Shown here one piece after another: positions 58,976 through 64,000 of a stretch of DNA of 64,000 nt. Source of the DNA: Lytechinus pictus (taxonomy: Eukaryota); assembly GCF_037042905.1 (NCBI RefSeq), contig NC_087245.1:24306001-24370000 (forward strand). Direction: 5' to 3'. The notes under the pieces are model-generated. The model was given only the letters and a program-made list of their open reading frames with translations. It had not been told where the DNA came from and made no database searches. The position numbers and the translations under genes are program-made. Each line of letters begins with the position of its first letter. Position 1 is the stretch's first letter.

Positions 58976-60576
58976 CCTCCCAGTTTACATCAAGATGGAA
59001 TCAAAAGACTGCTACCTGAGATATCCAGCTCGTCATCTCAAACTGAATCGATTTTTGTTCTGATCAACCATCCCGTCTCACTCTTCTGCATCATGATTAT
59101 GAATATAATACAAGGATCGACTAAAAGCTTATGAGCGCACCTTGATCAACCAATCAACCCACTCCCAATCCTCGTCATTCCCCGCACAGTAAAACAAAAA
59201 GCAAAAAGAAACAAACAAAAAAACGCTGTTGACATTTTTATCCGCAGTTATTTTTTATTTCATCGCTCACACTGTTCTCTACTGCGCAAACTTTGGAAAT
59301 TCAGATTTTTTTATATCTTCACTGAGCACTGAGTACTGGTTCAGACCTACGATATGGGTAAATACAGTGGCGTAGCGAGGATTTTTTCCTGGGGGCACTT
59401 GGGGGGTCAAAGTTGGTTTCCGTTTGTTTGTTTGTTTGTTTCTTTGAAGGGTAGTCCTCACAATCACTTCTTAGCTTTATTCTTACAAAACAACATAAAA
59501 ATGAAGTAATGTCATAAGCCCTATTTATTTATTTCTTTGAAACTTCGTGTATTTTGTCCTGAAAAATTAACATTCTGTGCTATGTTCATGAGCTGAAATA
59601 TGTTTTGTTCTTCCCCTCACCTTATTTTATTCACTCGTCTTCCTCCTCTTATTTTCCTCTTCTTTTTCCTCCTCTCTTTTCCCTTCTTATTTTCTTTTTC
59701 TTTCTTTCTTTCTCTTTTTTCCCTTTTTTTTTGCTCCGCCATTAGAGTGGGAGGGCCACTCGGCCCCCTGGATCCGCCTGATGTGTGAAAAAACATATAG
59801 GCATAGTGATTGTTATGATTTCCCCGTTTCAAATCTGTGCTCTCATTGACCAGAGAAATATGTATAACACTTAAGCAAGAAATGTAAATGATGCTGTAGT
59901 TTAGCTAGGCCCTACCATTTTTTTTTCAGGGGGGCACCTGGGGGCACACCAAATCTCTGGGAGGAACCCCCCCCCCCCCCCGTATATACGCCCCTGGGCA
60001 AATACGAGGATTGTGACAAAATGGGGTACATCCAGGCTACAATTAATAGAGGAAAATTCAAACAAGCAAAATACAGAAAAAGTTATTGTATTTTATACTT
60101 TTGCATTATGAACAATTTCATGTATGTCAACTTTAATCATGCAATGGGTGATCTGATAATGTCATGTCCACCCTTGTCACTTTCTTATTTTATTACATAG
60201 ATTCTTTATTTTTAACAAGATGAAGTAAATGTATTTTATACTTTTGCATTATTTCAGTGAAACAATTTCATGTATGTCAACTTTAATTATGCAATGGGTG
60301 ATCTGATAATGTCATGTCCACACTTTTCACTTTCTTATCTTATTACATAGATTCTTTATTTTTTTAACAAGATGAAGTTATTAGTTGGTGTAATTTAATC
60401 TTAAAAAGGAAAATATTTTATTATACATCTGTAATCATCATGTCTTTTTCAATGAAATAATTCAAAACTTAAGACGGCCATGCATAGCTTTATTACTTTT
60501 TTTAATCCGATTTCGATAAGTTAATGGCATTTTCTGTGTTGTATTTCTTTGATCTTACTCTCTCTATATATATAAA

Positions 60577-61376
60577 GAGCTAACTTGCAAAAGGGGTTAG
60601 GTCCCTTTTTCATCATATTTGATTTTTATGTCTCAATGTATAGATTTTTAATAGCTCTCTAAGATGATACTAAAGAAAAGTTGAAATTCCCAATAAAAAG
60701 TGAACTAAAATGGCAAAGAAAAATCACCCCTTTTTTTTCAAAAGGGGTTAGGTCCATTACAGTTTAGTTTCAAAAGGGGTAAGGTCCACACATAATTTTT
60801 TTGGAGAAGAATATCTTTAAAAATATGAAGACAGGTAGATTTCTTTTATACCCAATTTGATGTTCTCATGGTTGGGTATCATGAAAATTCGGTTTCGCAT
60901 AAGAATATTGCAATATGGGAGAATTAAAAAATGATTTTCTTAAATTGGACCTAACCCCTTTTGCAACCAAACTCTTATGAAGAACTCATTTGTCAAAAGG
61001 GGTTAGGTCCATTTTTCATAAATTTTATTGTTTTCTGTCTCTAAACCTCTAAATTTTTAGTCGCTCTGATGATACCAAAGAAAATGTGAAATTCAAATGA
61101 AAACGTGAATGAAAGTGGCAAAGAAAAATCACCTTTTTAATCAAAAGAGATTGGATTCATTTCAATTTGCTTGCAAAAGGGGTTAGGTCCACAATGATAA
61201 TTGTTTTTTTTAATATATAAGAAAAAAATTGAAGACAATTTAATGTTCACGTGATAGGATAGTACATCATGACAATTTAGTTTCTCATAAGAATATTGCA
61301 ATACGTGAGAATAAAAAAAACATGGTTTTTCTCGGAATGATCCATTGTGGACCTAACCCCTTTTGCAACTAAACTC
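60577..61376. mobile_element. Tandem pair of MITEs with GAG..CTC termini and repeated AAAAGGGGTTAGGTCC motifs (Sola-like); truncated copy at about 16478-16690
   Basis: GAGCTAACTTGCAAAAGGGGTTAGGTCC vs GGACCTAACCCCTTTTGCAACTAAACTC, structure repeated twice. Confidence 0.55.
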
Positions 61377-61544
61377 TTAATATAGTAATTCGAATCCTCT
61401 CATTTTCGACCTTTAGTGCCCCTTTAACCTTTGCAAAAACCATTTGTATTTTTACCCCTGTTTTCTCCAGCATGATTGTTTAGGCCGCCTGAGACGACAC
61501 CTCACTGTAAAAATATGGTATTACAACATGTTCAGGTCTTCTCC

Positions 61545-61700
61545 TACTTCTTCTTTCTTTCTTTCATTCTTTCTTTCTTTTCTGCTTCTTCTTTTCTTCT
61601 TCTTCTTCGTCTTCTTCTTTTACTACTACTTCTTTTTTTTTCTTCTTCTTTTTCTTCTTCTTCTTCTTTATGTTCTTCTTCTTCTTCTTCTGTTTCTTAT
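61545..61700 (+). repeat. (CTT)n-rich low-complexity tract
   Basis: Direct. Confidence 0.9.
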
Positions 61701-64000
61701 CTCTTGATCTCTTTGGAAATCATAGAAAACAATTATATAAGGTATAACCAGGTCAAAATAAAGTGTATTTTGTAATTATGCCTTCTTTTAAAATAAAAAG
61801 TCACATTACCTTGCTCTGTAGGAGTACAAATTACCAACAGACCCGATCACGAAATTGATATTTTCAAGAGCATTTAAATGACTTTTGGGATTTGCGATGT
61901 GGGGGGTTTTAGCGATTATCCATTTAAGAAGATATATTTTGTGGTTTACTTCTTATATGCTGGTGCTTTCAATTGGATACAATTATAAGTGTCTTGTATG
62001 CCTCATTTAATTGTGAACAATAAGTCATTTGTGCATTTGATTCTGCAGTTTTTAAAACGTTTTACCCATTATAGGGGATGCTTTATGATGTGAAATATAC
62101 AATATTGGCAAGTGTTGCTTTTAACTGCTTATTTTTTTATTAAAGTACTTACTTGATAATTTCTTTATCAAGTTTTGTTCTCAGAAACAAGGGAGGGGTT
62201 GATGTCTCCACTTTTAAAATTGAATCTATAAGATTTCCATGCATACTTATGTTGATTAGTTTGCTTACGCATGAAAATTTTGAGAAAATGAAATTAAAAT
62301 CAAACAAACACGCGACCGTTTTATTTTATAACAAAAATATCGTTATTTGTAATACATACATACATACACACACACATATATATATATACATATAGATATA
62401 TATATATATATATATATATAAGACATCAGAAATGCGAAACAAATTCACGAGTAATGCAGTTTTTGAAGTGCCAACAATTAAGTTATATATATATATATAT
62501 ATTTGTTCTAAACTGATAGACTATTGCATAATTTTTCAGAATTTTGACCAACATCGCTTATTGTTTCCTTTTTTTTTATTCAGCAGTATTATAGACCCAT
62601 GCGTGCGTGTACCATCTAAAAAAATAGTGTCGAAAAAAAAAATGAGATACGGGCTTGAAAAAATAAAAAAACATAATATTGTTCGAACTAGAAATCAGAA
62701 AGAGAAATCCTTCAAAATTAATTTTGCCCTATTGATCGTGGGCCTGACAGCCACTGAGCTGAGCCAGAATTCAGATCTGTTGTTGAATAAAATTTGTACT
62801 TTACAATTTAATCTGCGGTGAACATGGTGAGCTGTAAATTGATTCTGAGAAGATGTGTGATAATCATGATCGTATAAAAAAAAACATTACAGGTTTTCAA
62901 TAGTATTGACATTTCACGTTGTTGATATAGACCTTTATACAAATAAATACCCTCCTTGAAAATAATGTCTATCTTGACGCGACATGTAACTTTCAGAGTT
63001 ATCCTAGGTTTTTGGCGGGTTGTTTTGAACACGGAGGTAAAACGAATGGAGTGACAACGAAAAGCAAGCCAGCTTCCAGTTACTAAAGTAAAAAGAATAC
63101 ACAAGTGTACTGTAGCCTTTGCCGGCGGCCAGTGATACCGCCACTTTCATGAGAAAACTGAAAAGTGATTTGTGTTGAAAATTATATTATAATATTGGGA
63201 ATATTTCCAACTGTATTTCATGTGAAGTCATGACTAAAGATATATCAAAGCCTGTATGTCCTGAAATTGGGCGAAATAATGTACGACGACACTTTCAACA
63301 TTTTGAAAAAAAAAAGTATCCTCACTGGTCAGATATGAGAGGGGAATGAGTATCATTGGTTCTTTCACAAAGGAAGAGGGGGTCATAATTATCAAAAATA
63401 ATTTTAGGGGGCCTTTCAGAAAAATAGATTACAGGGCATCACATACCACTGACAATAAATCTTCCTCCAAAGTGATAATAGCAAAGAAAACAGGCAGGAG
63501 GAATGGGGCCAGCCATATCGGAGAGGATTTGCTTACATCGTTAAAAAGATAGAAAATAGTACACTTATCGCAACATTTTTTTTTTTTTTATTTTTTTTTT
63601 TGGGGGGGGGTCTTTTTCATGCAAATTAAGAGGAAAACATAGCAAAAGGGAAATATTTTGAATAACCTTGAGTATGACATTAAGAGTTTGCGTAATTATG
63701 TAAAGATGAACAAAATTCATGTAGGCCTACGTTTGTATCAAATCATTACAAAATATCTAGGACGTTTTGATATACTAAGAATTGTAACGTAGGTAATTGA
63801 ATTCAGAAAATATCATCAGTAACTCAAATTACTTTGCCTTGAAACATGGGGAAGCAGAAAGTGAAGGGAAACAAGGGCCTCCTACCTGAAGGCAAGGGTC
63901 CGGTATTGTCCGGTATTGTCCATCCTTGCAGACCTCACTTTTGCCTGATCGGCTACTCAAAGAGCAAAAAGCTTGGTGGGTTGTTTATTTTTTTTTTCCG

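Overview
AT-rich, repeat-dense animal genomic DNA with spliceosomal introns. The repeat families and gene types suggest an echinoderm such as a sea urchin (inference). I assembled three cell-surface receptor genes by eye from GT-AG exons with consistent phases, all on the minus strand. (1) A signal peptide-IgV-IgC-TM protein whose cytoplasmic tail is an IFI44-like P-loop GTPase (exons 12161->2053, continuing past the window start). It has two alternative signal-peptide exons, each preceded by NF-kB-type motifs. (2) An intronless 619-aa Ig-domain type I membrane protein with a tyrosine-rich tail (27203-29062). (3) A 14-exon CUB-LDLa-LRR-7TM GRL101/LGR-like GPCR (58975->30285). Between genes 1 and 2 sits an apparently intact, very young Ngaro-type tyrosine-recombinase retrotransposon (19223-26290): gag, RT-RNaseH and YR ORFs, split direct repeats A1-B1-A2-spacer-B2. 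It has a hairpin-forming recombination junction and about 1.5 kb of densely structured non-coding 3' sequence. Introns hold many non-autonomous DNA transposons, including a Transib-type element with RSS-like ends and a nested foldback/hAT complex, as well as SINEs, LINE fragments and a candidate hammerhead ribozyme. All calls are by manual reading; no database search was run.
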